From a virus (Duplodnaviria; Caudoviricetes): a stretch of DNA of 39,747 nucleotides. Where the stretch lies: IMG/VR virus record IMGVR_UViG_3300029822_000030, positions 1-39,747 of that record; one strand, written 5' to 3'. The position numbers and the translations under genes were made by a program. The notes below the pieces were generated by a model. That model worked only from the letters and a program-made list of their open reading frames with translations, searched no databases and was not told where the DNA came from. This document shows positions 10,074 to 19,632 of this stretch, piece after piece (position 1 is the stretch's first letter; every line of letters begins with the position of its first letter).

Positions 10074-10591
10074 GTTGTCCTCACCGCCTTGGCTAAGTAA
10101 GGCTTGAGTAATTCTCTAGCCTCGTGAGACAACAGCCCTTTACCTGAACCAGCTTGATAGGTCTCACTTAACCCATCAATAGAGAAGGATTGAACCCCTT
10201 CCCTTTGTAGTTTAAGCCTGGAACTATTGCCTCTTACCAGCAAAGCCAAAGCCTCTTCACAGCATGCCTCTTTGACGTTTTTGTGTACTGATACTTCACA
10301 GTACCAATCCCGGTCATATATTGATTCAGCAAGATTACCCACAAAATCCCATTCTCCCTCCAGGGGGTATCTCTTGTAACATCTTGGGAATTTTAGAACC
10401 TGGCTAGAATCTTTGAGTTTACCCTTGTATAATTGCCTATCTAGTACTTTCGTTGCCATGATTAAAGCCTGTGATTGCTGTTCAGCTGGGGCCTCAAACC
10501 AGGCAGTATACCACAGTCTGTCAGCAAAATAGGCAGTTGCATCTACTACTGAAATATAGGAATTTGTTCCAACTACGAGATTAACTGCCAT
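10067..10591 (-). CDS. Head-tail adaptor (DnaT-like annotated family)
   Basis: NSYISVVDATAYF...QALIMAT...LKFPR...VKEACCEEAL...SFSIDGLSETY motifs. Confidence 0.8.
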   Translation of the reverse strand: MAVNLVVGTNSYISVVDATAYFADRLWYTAWFEAPAEQQSQALIMATKVLDRQLYKGKLKDSSQVLKFPRCYKRYPLEGEWDFVGNLAESIYDRDWYCEVSVHKNVKEACCEEALALLVRGNSSRLKLQREGVQSFSIDGLSETYQAGSGKGLLSHEARELLKPYLAKAVRTTC

Positions 10592-10618
10592 TAATTACAC
10601 CCCCTTAAAAGGGTATTT

Positions 10619-11236
10619 TTACACTATCAAGTATGCGTCCACTACTTTACCAGCCAGAGCTGAGTTCAAGTCAAGGGTATTACCCTCAAAGTCAGTTGCG
10701 CTAGTAGTAACAGTTGGGGCAGTGCCCTCTTTGGTATTATCCAAGAAAGCAAACAGAACTGTGTTGTGAGCCAGTTTGAAGGGCAGTCCTAACTTATCGC
10801 CAAAACCTATAGTCACAGTAACTCCAGCACCGTCCATAGCCGGAATCTCCACCTTGGTTACAGTTTTAAATGCTTTATCGCTTTCAACAACACCGGCAGT
10901 ATCAACAGTAAAAGCATCTAGCTCTTCACTTATAGCCTCGTCAAGATAATTAGTACCATAAACTTTTACCTTGACAGCTTTGATACTTCCAGCGGTACCT
11001 CCAGCGGTAGCAGTAATACTACGGGGTACAGCAGGAGCAGCAAACCCAGTTTCAACAGTAACTGTAGTATCTGCGCTACACGCAATAGCAGCATGTACCC
11101 CATCAGCATCAGCAGCTACAGCATTAGCCGCACTTACCTGAAAATGAGCTAAAAAGCCCCTGTCTACGGATACACCTTCAACACCAGTTTGCATCAGTTG
11201 TCCGAGTAACGGATTAAACGGATAAAATCCACCCAT
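10619..11236 (-). CDS. Probable capsid decoration/structural protein
   Basis: Ala/Thr/Val-rich 205-aa ORF right after the major capsid gene, with a strong RBS (GGGAGG). Confidence 0.55.
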   Translation of the reverse strand: MGGFYPFNPLLGQLMQTGVEGVSVDRGFLAHFQVSAANAVAADADGVHAAIACSADTTVTVETGFAAPAVPRSITATAGGTAGSIKAVKVKVYGTNYLDEAISEELDAFTVDTAGVVESDKAFKTVTKVEIPAMDGAGVTVTIGFGDKLGLPFKLAHNTVLFAFLDNTKEGTAPTVTTSATDFEGNTLDLNSALAGKVVDAYLIV

Positions 11237-11354
11237 TTTATTACCTCCCTTTTCATGCTAATCCGAAATATTTACAAGCAAATTCGTGCGTTTATACTTC
11301 CTGATGAGTTACCGCCCATTTAGAAATTTTTAGACAGTTTTTAGCTTGTAATTT

Positions 11355-12296
11355 TTAAGGTACCAATACAGCAAAAGGATACCGGGATGCTTCGTCCGGG
11401 CTTTGTCTATTGATAGGATTTGGAACCTGCCAAGCTAACCGCATGACGCAACGCAAGGCAACCATGTCCTGCTGGGCCAGGTTGTATACGATTGCCCCGG
11501 TATTGTCCTGGATTACAGCCTCAGTCAAGATTTTGTAGGTAATGTCCTGACGCATAGAGTATACAGCCTGTTTCCACTCCCCAGAGAACATATAAGCTGA
11601 AGAAGCAGAGAAAGCACCGTTTCTGACGAACTGCATTGCTTCACCATCAAGCTGATAACCAGTCTTGTCAGCCATACTACGAGTGAAGATAGGCACGCCA
11701 TTTGCGTCCCGCAGACCTCTCAATTTAGCTTTCATGGTATTGAGAGCAACATGACCATCCACGGAGAATCCATCATCCTCAATCAGAGCCAGTACACCAT
11801 TCTCGCCCATGATGTCGTCATAGATATCAACACCAGTACCCAGTTTAACAGTGGAGCCGGCAGCAGTAGCAGCAGGTAGAATAGCATCAGGCCAAGAAGC
11901 AGGTTTATTGGTACCTGCCAATACGGCAGCATCAATCACTATGCCAAAAGCTTCCATAATTCTGGGCTTTACCTCACCCCAGATATCGTAATCAGCGTCA
12001 TCCAGCACGGATTCGGGAATAGGCACGATACAGGCAATCTCTTCAGCGTTGAGATATTTGTTATCCCAGGCCATTTCAGTAGTCTGTTTCAACCCATTGT
12101 CTCCAGTTACAAAGTAAGCAGTCGGCAAAGCAGACAGAACCGGCATTCTCTGTTGAGCTCTGGACATATTGGGGAGTCTACGGAGTAACTGCAAACAAGC
12201 AGAGTTTACAGTAATACCCTGGACTATTTTTCTGCTTACCTCTTCAGGAATAAGAGCAGCGGCATCAGTACGATTGATTAAACCATTGTACGGCAT
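11355..12296 (-). CDS. Major capsid protein (HK97 fold)
   Basis: ALIPEEVSRKI...AYFVTG...EEIACIVPI...NLAQQDMVALRCVMR motifs. Confidence 0.93.
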   Translation of the reverse strand: MPYNGLINRTDAAALIPEEVSRKIVQGITVNSACLQLLRRLPNMSRAQQRMPVLSALPTAYFVTGDNGLKQTTEMAWDNKYLNAEEIACIVPIPESVLDDADYDIWGEVKPRIMEAFGIVIDAAVLAGTNKPASWPDAILPAATAAGSTVKLGTGVDIYDDIMGENGVLALIEDDGFSVDGHVALNTMKAKLRGLRDANGVPIFTRSMADKTGYQLDGEAMQFVRNGAFSASSAYMFSGEWKQAVYSMRQDITYKILTEAVIQDNTGAIVYNLAQQDMVALRCVMRLAWQVPNPINRQSPDEASRYPFAVLVP

Positions 12297-12319
12297 ATTA
12301 TCATTACCCCCTTAAATTT

Positions 12320-12877
12320 TTATCTACCTAAAGCACCCCGGATAAAACTGTTCATACCAGCATTCTCTCCTGCAGCAGTACTGTTACCAGGAGGATTGCC
12401 CCCGCCACCAATAGAAGCGGTTTCACCAAACAGATATGCATCCGATTGCTGTAGGGTTTTTAGTTGGTCATCAAGACCCAGTAACTTTTCACCATCTAGC
12501 TTTATGCCTTCAAGATTAAGCAGAGCCTTGACAGCTTTGGTATTCTTAACTTTACCAGAAGTTAGTGCTCTATCCAGAGCAAAGTCAAACTGTAGTTGAG
12601 CTACTTTTTTGTCGTACTCTTCAGTTGTGGTTTTATTGGCCTCCTGAAGTTTCTGTAACTCTTTCTTGAGTTCTTCATTCCCAGCAGCTTTACCCTCAAG
12701 ATCTTTTAACTGCTGGTCTCGCTGTTTGAGTTGGTTCTTGAGCTCTTTGACTTCTTCATTAAACTTCGCCCGTGGTATGAAACTCCCGTCATTAACCACA
12801 GCCAGCTCAGTATTCCCAAGGGCTTTCTCAATCTCTGGAGTAAACAGATTACCCAATAACTTTCTCAATACTTCCAT
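12320..12877 (-). CDS. Capsid scaffolding protein (GP20 family)
   Basis: FIPRAKFNE, coiled coil, KNTKAVKALL...GLDDQLKTL..SDAYLF. Confidence 0.88.
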   Translation of the reverse strand: MEVLRKLLGNLFTPEIEKALGNTELAVVNDGSFIPRAKFNEEVKELKNQLKQRDQQLKDLEGKAAGNEELKKELQKLQEANKTTTEEYDKKVAQLQFDFALDRALTSGKVKNTKAVKALLNLEGIKLDGEKLLGLDDQLKTLQQSDAYLFGETASIGGGGNPPGNSTAAGENAGMNSFIRGALGR

Positions 12878-12972
12878 CTTCTCAACCTCCTATTTTTTAG
12901 GCTGGCAATTCTCCAGCTAGAGTATCGTGTTCTTTAGGCTCTGCACCTTTAAAAAGAGCTGTAGATCACCTC

Positions 12973-13146
12973 CTATACAAATTTTAAATCGTATAACCAC
13001 TTAGATATTACGTCTATCCAACCTTCGTCTATAATCATATTATTTTTATCACACACTTTTACATAAACCCGTCCTGAAATAGATTTTTCAGCAGACTTAT
13101 ATATTTTATACCCTAGACTACTAGAAACTGCTATTAAAGAGTCCAT
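12973..13146 (-). CDS. Small hypothetical protein (57 aa, MDSLIAVSSS...WLYDLKFV), candidate immunity protein; not in the ORF track
   Basis: Read manually. Its ATG (13146) overlaps the end of the minor capsid gene and it fills the otherwise empty AT-rich gap. Confidence 0.55.
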   Translation of the reverse strand: MDSLIAVSSSLGYKIYKSAEKSISGRVYVKVCDKNNMIIDEGWIDVISKWLYDLKFV

Positions 13147-14690
13147 TTTATGCCCAGCCTTTCTAGTTTATTGACAATATCCTCATTATAAGACTCTAGT
13201 TCTACACTAGCTATATCAGACACTTTCACAGGGCCGTGAAACTGTAATTCCATGTAAGGCATTAAGTTTATTTGGTCTGCTCCTTTTACTTCATGCTTAG
13301 GTATTTTTACAAAATCTCCGGAAGCTTCTTCAAATTTACCTATTTTTAAGTATCCTTTACTGTCTAAGCTGTCTCCTAGCGTAAAAGTAGTCCTGTCTTT
13401 TAAAGCTTCTTTATTCAAGTTTACTTTTATACTCCCGTATAAAGATGCCTTATTAGAGGACTTAAATTTATCTGGTTTAAGCCCATCATAATAACCATAT
13501 ATTGGTTTACTGTCTCCGAACATTTCTTTTTCAGAAGCAATTCTATCTTTCATGTACTCTACTACGTCGCCTCTGTCTAACAGCACCTCGTTGGCAGATT
13601 TAAATACATCGTCATCCAACACTTTTAAAAAAGCAGTTTCATCTAAATTTAAAGACATGTCTCTAGCTCCACCCTGCCAAAATTTATCAAACGCTTTGTT
13701 AGCCTGTTCTTTAAAACTAGATACTTTAGACTTGCCCCCAAGAGTCTTAGCCATATAAGGGGCATAATCGTACAGTTTACCGTCTTTCCAATACTTAAAT
13801 TTATCGGACATCAGAGAATTGTTATACTCATCTATGCTATCAAGCACATTTTTATAATCTACCTCATTAGAGACCTTTTTCTTAGGCTTAGCAGTTCCCA
13901 GCTTATCTTCCAGAGCAGCTATTTCTGCGTCCAAGTCAACGTGCATACCGTAAGCATGCTTGCATCTGGGATGGAATAACCCAGCAGCTTTAGCTTCTGC
14001 TAATGTTGGGTATCCTGGTGTTTTACCAGTCAGAGACAGTACCTTACCTTCCCAAGGTCTGCATTTTTCACATTCTCCTGGGTGATTCGTTATCTTGACC
14101 AAGTCATAGCCGTGTTCAAGTATCCTATTCTTGGTACCCTCCAGATGGGCCTCAGCCGTGGTGGTAATAGCTACCATTTCGGTGTATGCTCTCATATTCC
14201 ATTTACGACCAGCTCTGTCTGTAAACCCAGTAAGGCCATTCTTAGCCAAGTCCTCTCTGTACTGACGAGCAACTTGTTGCCAAGTTTTGTATCCAACTAC
14301 ACTAGCCCGCATATTTTCTAAAGCCAAAGCTCTGTAAACATCATCGACTCTGCGCCCTATATAGCTGGTCATGTCTTCAAGTCTACCAAAAGCTGAATCA
14401 GCCAGAACTTGAGCAGCTTGTTGATGTATAGCTCCAAAACTAAGCATTTGCCCCGGTATATCCTTATCTACCCCTTTAGTAGCATAGGTATACACCTGAG
14501 GAATAGCCTCTTTGCACCATTCCCTTGAACCCTTACGCAAATCTGCCAAGATAAATTGCGTGTTTTTCTTTAACCCAACTAGATACTCAGTCTGATTGCC
14601 TTTCATCAAGGCCCTCTCAATCTGTTTAGTCAGGTCTTTTTCGGCTCTTTCATACAGTTTTATCAGATTCTGTACTTGTTTATCGTTCAC
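13134..14690 (-). CDS. Minor capsid (MuF/SPP1 gp7-like) protein with C-terminal DUF3626-like (ART-fold-like) extension
   Basis: N-half has DRAGRKW..RAYTEM, CEKCRPWEGKV and GLFHPRCKH. C-half has PIYGY...YGSIKV...RTTFTLGDS...YMELQFHGPV. Confidence 0.8.
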   Translation of the reverse strand: MNDKQVQNLIKLYERAEKDLTKQIERALMKGNQTEYLVGLKKNTQFILADLRKGSREWCKEAIPQVYTYATKGVDKDIPGQMLSFGAIHQQAAQVLADSAFGRLEDMTSYIGRRVDDVYRALALENMRASVVGYKTWQQVARQYREDLAKNGLTGFTDRAGRKWNMRAYTEMVAITTTAEAHLEGTKNRILEHGYDLVKITNHPGECEKCRPWEGKVLSLTGKTPGYPTLAEAKAAGLFHPRCKHAYGMHVDLDAEIAALEDKLGTAKPKKKVSNEVDYKNVLDSIDEYNNSLMSDKFKYWKDGKLYDYAPYMAKTLGGKSKVSSFKEQANKAFDKFWQGGARDMSLNLDETAFLKVLDDDVFKSANEVLLDRGDVVEYMKDRIASEKEMFGDSKPIYGYYDGLKPDKFKSSNKASLYGSIKVNLNKEALKDRTTFTLGDSLDSKGYLKIGKFEEASGDFVKIPKHEVKGADQINLMPYMELQFHGPVKVSDIASVELESYNEDIVNKLERLGIKWTL

Positions 14691-16084
14691 TATTCCTCAC
14701 CCTCTCCAGGTATGACTACTTCTGGAGGTTCTGGCTTTTCTGCGTTTATTTTGTCTATTTCATCTTGTAACTGTTTCCCGGTCAGCCCGTATAGTCTTTT
14801 TACCGAACTCTCCAAGCTACTGAGCCCAGCTCCAAATCTCTGTATTTCAATTTGAGTATCTTCTACTGGATCGTTTGGCAATCCATCTTGCCAATCAATA
14901 TTAATATTCTCCAGTCTCATTGCCCCAGCTGTGCTCTGTGCTACTTCCAGTTCTGAAGCTATTCGCAGAGCCTTTTTCATAGCCGGGTCAAATCTCATCC
15001 TTATCCTATTTACTTTAGCCAGAGGTGCCATCATTAGTCTTTTCAGAGCTGACCCACTTTCTGCCAGTCCTGATTTAAGTTCACCAAAGCAAGCTGCACT
15101 GGTTTCACTCAGCATGAATAACTGAGCCATCAGCACCTCTATTTCTTTGAAAGCTGCTTCTAATTGACCTTCCCACACGATATACCCAGGAGGCTTTTCT
15201 TGTTCGTCTACCGGGAAGAATTTGCCTCCAGCAATAAACTTGGTCTCTCCAGTAACAGGGTCAACAGTCAGAGCCGATTCTGGACCGTACATATTTGGGT
15301 CACTGTGTTTATCCAGAATTTTAGCTATCTGAGCCAGTCTGGTCTCAAGTTCTTGAATAATAGCATCAAGGTCAGAATAATCGTCCATACCTATAATAGT
15401 GTCTGTAGTTACCACATTATTTACCGGGATAATCAACATGTCCTTGATATTTGTAGCTTGAACTTTCTCAGGCTCTAGCAGACTACCAAGCTTATCCCCA
15501 GTACATTTGTACTTGCGATATGTAATCTTGCCCTTCTCATGAATCTCACAGTACAGTACCTTCTGTTTCTTATTACCGACTATCCCAGACACTACTTCTT
15601 CCACAACCCAAGCCAGAACTTGATGAGTTATTTCCTTCAAGTTAGCTGGGTTAACTACAGGAAACCAATAAGTGGGGGGTTGTCCCTCAATTATGCTTTT
15701 ACTGCCGTCATGTCTTACTTTGAGTAAACCAACGCCAAATCTAGATACGTCAATAGCCACTTCGTATGAGGTATTAAAGAACTCATCACCCATCAAATTC
15801 TTCAGAGCTAGCTGTTCTTTGGATTCAGGATCACCAGCAATAACTTGAGGCGGTTCGCCCAATAATAGGTCAGCCCATAATAAACTCAGTCTCTTGTTCC
15901 AGTTCAGTATCAGCTCAAGTATGGCTTTTTCATCTTCCCGCAGCAGCTTGACCCAATTCTTGAATACCCTCTCGTGCCTGCCCCGGAATAAGTCTTTGTT
16001 TTGTTCATACAGTTTCAGTCTCTCCAATTCCTCTGGAGGAGGCCATTGTTTACCCACATTAAGAAAGTCCAGTGACGTTAACAT
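14690..16084 (-). CDS. Portal protein (SPP1 gp6-like)
   Basis: 464 aa after terminase. SDLDAIIQELE and AESGSALKR motifs. Confidence 0.9.
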   Translation of the reverse strand: MLTSLDFLNVGKQWPPPEELERLKLYEQNKDLFRGRHERVFKNWVKLLREDEKAILELILNWNKRLSLLWADLLLGEPPQVIAGDPESKEQLALKNLMGDEFFNTSYEVAIDVSRFGVGLLKVRHDGSKSIIEGQPPTYWFPVVNPANLKEITHQVLAWVVEEVVSGIVGNKKQKVLYCEIHEKGKITYRKYKCTGDKLGSLLEPEKVQATNIKDMLIIPVNNVVTTDTIIGMDDYSDLDAIIQELETRLAQIAKILDKHSDPNMYGPESALTVDPVTGETKFIAGGKFFPVDEQEKPPGYIVWEGQLEAAFKEIEVLMAQLFMLSETSAACFGELKSGLAESGSALKRLMMAPLAKVNRIRMRFDPAMKKALRIASELEVAQSTAGAMRLENINIDWQDGLPNDPVEDTQIEIQRFGAGLSSLESSVKRLYGLTGKQLQDEIDKINAEKPEPPEVVIPGEGEE

Positions 16085-16097
16085 TTATCAGCACCCC

Positions 16098-16388
16098 CTA
16101 TTCCACAAATTCATAGGTCTTTTCAAATATGTCAGGTTTACAAGGGTAACACTCCCCATTAATTCCTTGGATAATATAATCCCCATAGTCTCCAGTCATA
16201 ATGCCCTCAAGAGTTTTTATTTGGCACCAGGATTTATAATGGGGGTCAAAAGTGTCTACATTGTCTGGCCTATCGCTATGAAGTATGATTACATTATCAG
16301 ACACTTTATCCATGAACCAGTCAGGAATATTGTCTATACCCATTTTAAAGGCTTCAATAACAATTGGTCTCTTACGAAATCTTGACAT
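16098..16388 (-). CDS. Conserved phage protein (PGDYG-like family)
   Basis: FRKRPIVIEA...IKTLEG.M....GDYIIQGINGECYPCKPDIFEKTYE. Confidence 0.8.
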   Translation of the reverse strand: MSRFRKRPIVIEAFKMGIDNIPDWFMDKVSDNVIILHSDRPDNVDTFDPHYKSWCQIKTLEGIMTGDYGDYIIQGINGECYPCKPDIFEKTYEFVE

Positions 16389-16389
16389 A

Positions 16390-17658
16390 TCAGCACCCCC
16401 TTGGTTTATTAACTGGGCCTAACCGCTTTTTCATGTCATCTTCACAAGCATATCTGGTAGCATCAATAGTGTGGTTATTCTCATCCTCTAGCTTGTTCTT
16501 GATATTACCATCCTTATCTATCTGGTAATCTATACTCTCATATTCTCTGGCTATATTCGGCGTTCTGCGGGCATCTATAACTATTTCCTCAAGGTCATCC
16601 AGCCACTTCTCACCATACTCCACGCTGCCGGGGCCTTTTTTAGCTCCAAAACACCTGATCCCATACATCTTCATCTCATCAATACTCTTGGGCTCTGCTG
16701 AGTCGGCTTTGATTTTGAAATCGTGGCATTTATTTTCTTTGATTTTAGCAGCAGCCTCACGATTACTGAGCTTAATCCCATAAACTTCACTAATAAAGTA
16801 TATTTTTCTCTTCTTCTTATCATAGTGAAGTCTTACAAACGCAAACGGATCAGCCGCATAGCCCCAGTCGATACCCTGCCTGATATTATCAAAACTCTTG
16901 ACTTCTTCATCGGTTATGTCTCTGAATACCAGATTATCGAATGGTACTATCCCACCACCAATAGGCTCACCCAAATAAATCCACTTATACTTGTGCATAT
17001 TTCTCTTCTTGTCTTCTTCTGCCTCTTCCAGAAAGGCTTCAGAAACATGTGGATTATCCATGTAGGTTGAGTGATGCACATATGTATTCGGAGGCAGAAA
17101 CTGGGTGTTGTACTTTTTATTCACCCAGTTCTGCTTCCGTTTGGGGGGGTTATAGGAAAAGAAGATGCTGTATTTTAAGCCTCTGGCCAATTTGGCCCTG
17201 AGTACAGACTTAACTATTGTGTCTACTTCTTCTTCAGTCTTAAATTCGCTGAGTTCTTCAATCCACAGTATAGTAATAGGATATTTCGAGGTCTTGATAC
17301 TTTTCAGCTTAGCAGGTTCATCTGCGCCTCTGAATATTATCCTATTCCCTCTGGGTAAGTATACCAGTCCTAATGGGCTCTTGGTTGATTTCCAGTATTT
17401 ACCAACACCCAAATAGTCAATAGCCCAACACAGTTGCTCAAATACCGACTCACTTAGGGTGTTTGCTACTTTCCTAATAACCAAAGCATTTACTGGGTGT
17501 CTCATCATATCAACAATTATGCGTTCACTAATATGGGTGGACTTAGCACTGTTTCGTCCACCCTTCAGAACCTTATACAGATACTTCTCATTATTGCAAG
17601 CTAACCAAAAAGGATGAAACGCTGGAAGTATTTTTTCGCTCAGTCTTAACTGTATCAT
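16390..17658 (-). CDS. terL: Terminase large subunit (PBSX family)
   Basis: GGRNSAKS Walker A, LWIEE Walker B, SYNPP, GIDWG nuclease motif and NHTIDATRY. Confidence 0.96.
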   Translation of the reverse strand: MIQLRLSEKILPAFHPFWLACNNEKYLYKVLKGGRNSAKSTHISERIIVDMMRHPVNALVIRKVANTLSESVFEQLCWAIDYLGVGKYWKSTKSPLGLVYLPRGNRIIFRGADEPAKLKSIKTSKYPITILWIEELSEFKTEEEVDTIVKSVLRAKLARGLKYSIFFSYNPPKRKQNWVNKKYNTQFLPPNTYVHHSTYMDNPHVSEAFLEEAEEDKKRNMHKYKWIYLGEPIGGGIVPFDNLVFRDITDEEVKSFDNIRQGIDWGYAADPFAFVRLHYDKKKRKIYFISEVYGIKLSNREAAAKIKENKCHDFKIKADSAEPKSIDEMKMYGIRCFGAKKGPGSVEYGEKWLDDLEEIVIDARRTPNIAREYESIDYQIDKDGNIKNKLEDENNHTIDATRYACEDDMKKRLGPVNKPRGC

Positions 17659-18125
17659 TTGATATCGTCTATAATCTGAACCTGCATATCGGCATCAACC
17701 TTCAGATTATCTGTAAACATACCCAGATGCCTACCCAATAACTCCAGTGCTTTAAGCTTATCGTGAAGCTTGACCTTGCGAGTCTTGGACTTACCGTTGA
17801 CTGTTTCTTCTATACTAGCCAGCACTCTGCCATCTACTTGGTCACATGGTCTTAACCCAATCCTTCCACTCTTAGACCATCTAACAAAATCCTTCAGGTC
17901 TGAGAACGCAATCCTAGCCAGCTCTGCCACAACCATATCGGCATCGACCTGAGTTCTACACTGTCTTTCTTTAATTGCTGCATCTATCAGGTCTCTGATT
18001 GGTTTTCTCTTCATCAGACTCTGGCCAGTACTACCAGAATAGAAACCAGCACGCAGAGCAGCCTGAAATGGGTCCAGGTCTACCAAATATTCTTCTACGA
18101 AGGCCATCTGTCTACCAGTTAACAC
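17655..18125 (-). CDS. terS: Terminase small subunit
   Basis: LTGRQMAFVEEYLVDL...AALRAG and KLHDKLKALELLGRHLGMF. Confidence 0.93.
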   Translation of the reverse strand: MLTGRQMAFVEEYLVDLDPFQAALRAGFYSGSTGQSLMKRKPIRDLIDAAIKERQCRTQVDADMVVAELARIAFSDLKDFVRWSKSGRIGLRPCDQVDGRVLASIEETVNGKSKTRKVKLHDKLKALELLGRHLGMFTDNLKVDADMQVQIIDDIK

Positions 18126-18160
18126 TTTTATTCACCTCACTCGATATGTATCTACTGTAT

Positions 18161-18190
18161 ATTATACTACCCATCACAACTGCAAGTCAA
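18161..18190 (-). promoter_or_regulatory. Sigma-A-type promoter for the late (terminase) operon
   Basis: TTGACT (18190-18185), 18-nt spacer, TATAAT (18166-18161), upstream of the terS RBS. Confidence 0.65.
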
Positions 18191-18720
18191 TTCTGACTTT
18201 TTAATCGCTTCAAACCGTACTCCTTATCGCTTAGATAGCCAAAACACCATCCTAATTTGTTCATGATTCCTGTCTTTCTCCTGTAAAAAGGATACCGAGA
18301 AATATTTAAAATCTCGCAGACTTCTTCCCAGCCCATATTTTCCCAATATAACCACCGTACCATATCTCTTTCCTCTTGTGTTAATATCTTCTCTACAGCA
18401 CCTTCAACAGCTTTTTTCATCCTCTTAGTTTGTCTAATTGCTTTCTGTAATCTCAACACTTCTCGATTCTCAATCCTGTCTATTATTTCCTTCTCAACCC
18501 TGTTCCCTCCCCCATAGTCTTTACCCTCCACTACTTGATACCTACCAATCACTCTGGGCGTGAATCTCTCCCTGACTTCTTCCAGTTCCAGTTCTAACAT
18601 CTTTACTCTGCTCTCCATACCGGGATATGCATACAGCAGCATCTCAGTTCTCCTGTACCATTCTGGCTGTTCTCCTTTTATACCTCTCCATTTGTGGTCA
18701 TTACCTTTCTTGTAAGCCAT
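18187..18720 (-). CDS. ArpU/RinA-family late transcriptional regulator (sigma-70 region 4-like HTH)
   Basis: LTQEERDMVRWLYW...WEEVCEILNISR C-terminal HTH, immediately upstream of terS. Likely start is the ATG at 18720. Confidence 0.8.
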   Translation of the reverse strand: MAYKKGNDHKWRGIKGEQPEWYRRTEMLLYAYPGMESRVKMLELELEEVRERFTPRVIGRYQVVEGKDYGGGNRVEKEIIDRIENREVLRLQKAIRQTKRMKKAVEGAVEKILTQEERDMVRWLYWENMGWEEVCEILNISRYPFYRRKTGIMNKLGWCFGYLSDKEYGLKRLKSQN

Positions 18721-18742
18721 CCCCTTCTTCCCTCCCACTTAT

Positions 18743-18772
18743 ATTATAACCTACACCCCAAGACGCAGTAAA
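18743..18772 (-). promoter_or_regulatory. Putative leftward sigma-A promoter for the ArpU-like gene
   Basis: TTTACT (18772-18767), 18-nt spacer, TATAAT (18748-18743). Confidence 0.5.
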
Positions 18773-18773
18773 G

Positions 18774-19395
18774 GCCGATTTTTAAAATAAAAAACGTCCC
18801 TTTTCTCGAAAAAATCGTCCTCTTTTTCCAACACGACCGTTTTTATTTTCGAAAAATCGGCTTTTTTACCAAGAAAAATTAAAAAAATCGGCTTCACTTT
18901 TACACTGTATCCATGATCCTTCCACAACTAGACAAAAAAGCCGATTTTTTCCCGAACTCTTTAATATAAGGGACTTTTTCTTTATATATATAACTCTCTA
19001 GCTTTTAACTTAAAGAATAAAAAAACGTCGGTTATATACTCTAACTTAATAATTTACTCATCTTACAATGTAATCACTCCCGACGATTTTTTACTTTTTC
19101 CTTGATAAAAAAGCCGATTTTTTATTTTCACCCTTGTAAAAAAGGGACGATTTTTTTCGCCTTCCCAAAAATAAAAGCCGATTTTTTTACCAAGAAAAAT
19201 CGAAAAACCGAAAAATCTTGTAAAAAATTTTTTACCCAAGAACTTGTAACTTTTTTTCGGAAAAAATTTTTTCCTTGTAAATTCACTTACAATAAATCCC
19301 ACTTTTTTATTCCCCACTTACAATAAAACCTTCCCGACCACGACATAAAATCCCGGTTTTTCTTTCCGACTTGTCGTTACAAGTACAATAAATCC
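18774..19395. repeat. AT-rich non-coding region with iteron-like G(C/A)CGATTTTT repeats and A/T tracts; candidate replication origin
   Basis: Nine copies in both orientations, an 18-nt direct repeat (18862-18879 and 19183-19200) and CACTTACAATAAA twice (19284, 19315). Confidence 0.7.
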
Positions 19396-19585
19396 ACGGT
19401 TCTTGAGTACTTTCCCAATTTAACCACTTCTTGTATTTTGTCCGCATACCACCTTATTTTGCGCACTACGCAATCCATTTTAAATTTACAAATAAGTACC
19501 TTCACGCCTGACATATCTCTCTGTATTTAACAAATCACCAAAATTTCCACAGTTACCAGCCACCAAAAATTCTATTAAAAATAGC

Positions 19586-19632
19586 TTTACTTCCCGGGGT
19601 AAAAGCTTTATACTTATATATAGTACCCCGGG
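19586..19632 (+). promoter_or_regulatory. Rightward (early) sigma-A promoter with an overlapping inverted repeat
   Basis: TTTACT (19586-91), 17-nt spacer, TATACT (19609-14). CCCGGGGTA (19593-601) and TACCCCGGG (19624-32) bracket the -10 box. Confidence 0.7.

Noticed and set aside
224-17952. Numerous plus-strand ORFs opposite the structural genes
   Set aside because: They are antisense shadows of well-supported minus-strand genes and have no motifs or RBS.
19063-19326. ORFs 19063..19317(-) and 19102..19326(+)
   Set aside because: Their Lys/Phe-rich translations are by-products of A/T tracts, and there is no good RBS.
18774-19395. CRISPR array
   Set aside because: The repeats are about 10 nt, occur in both orientations and have low-complexity spacers. 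No cas operon is present.
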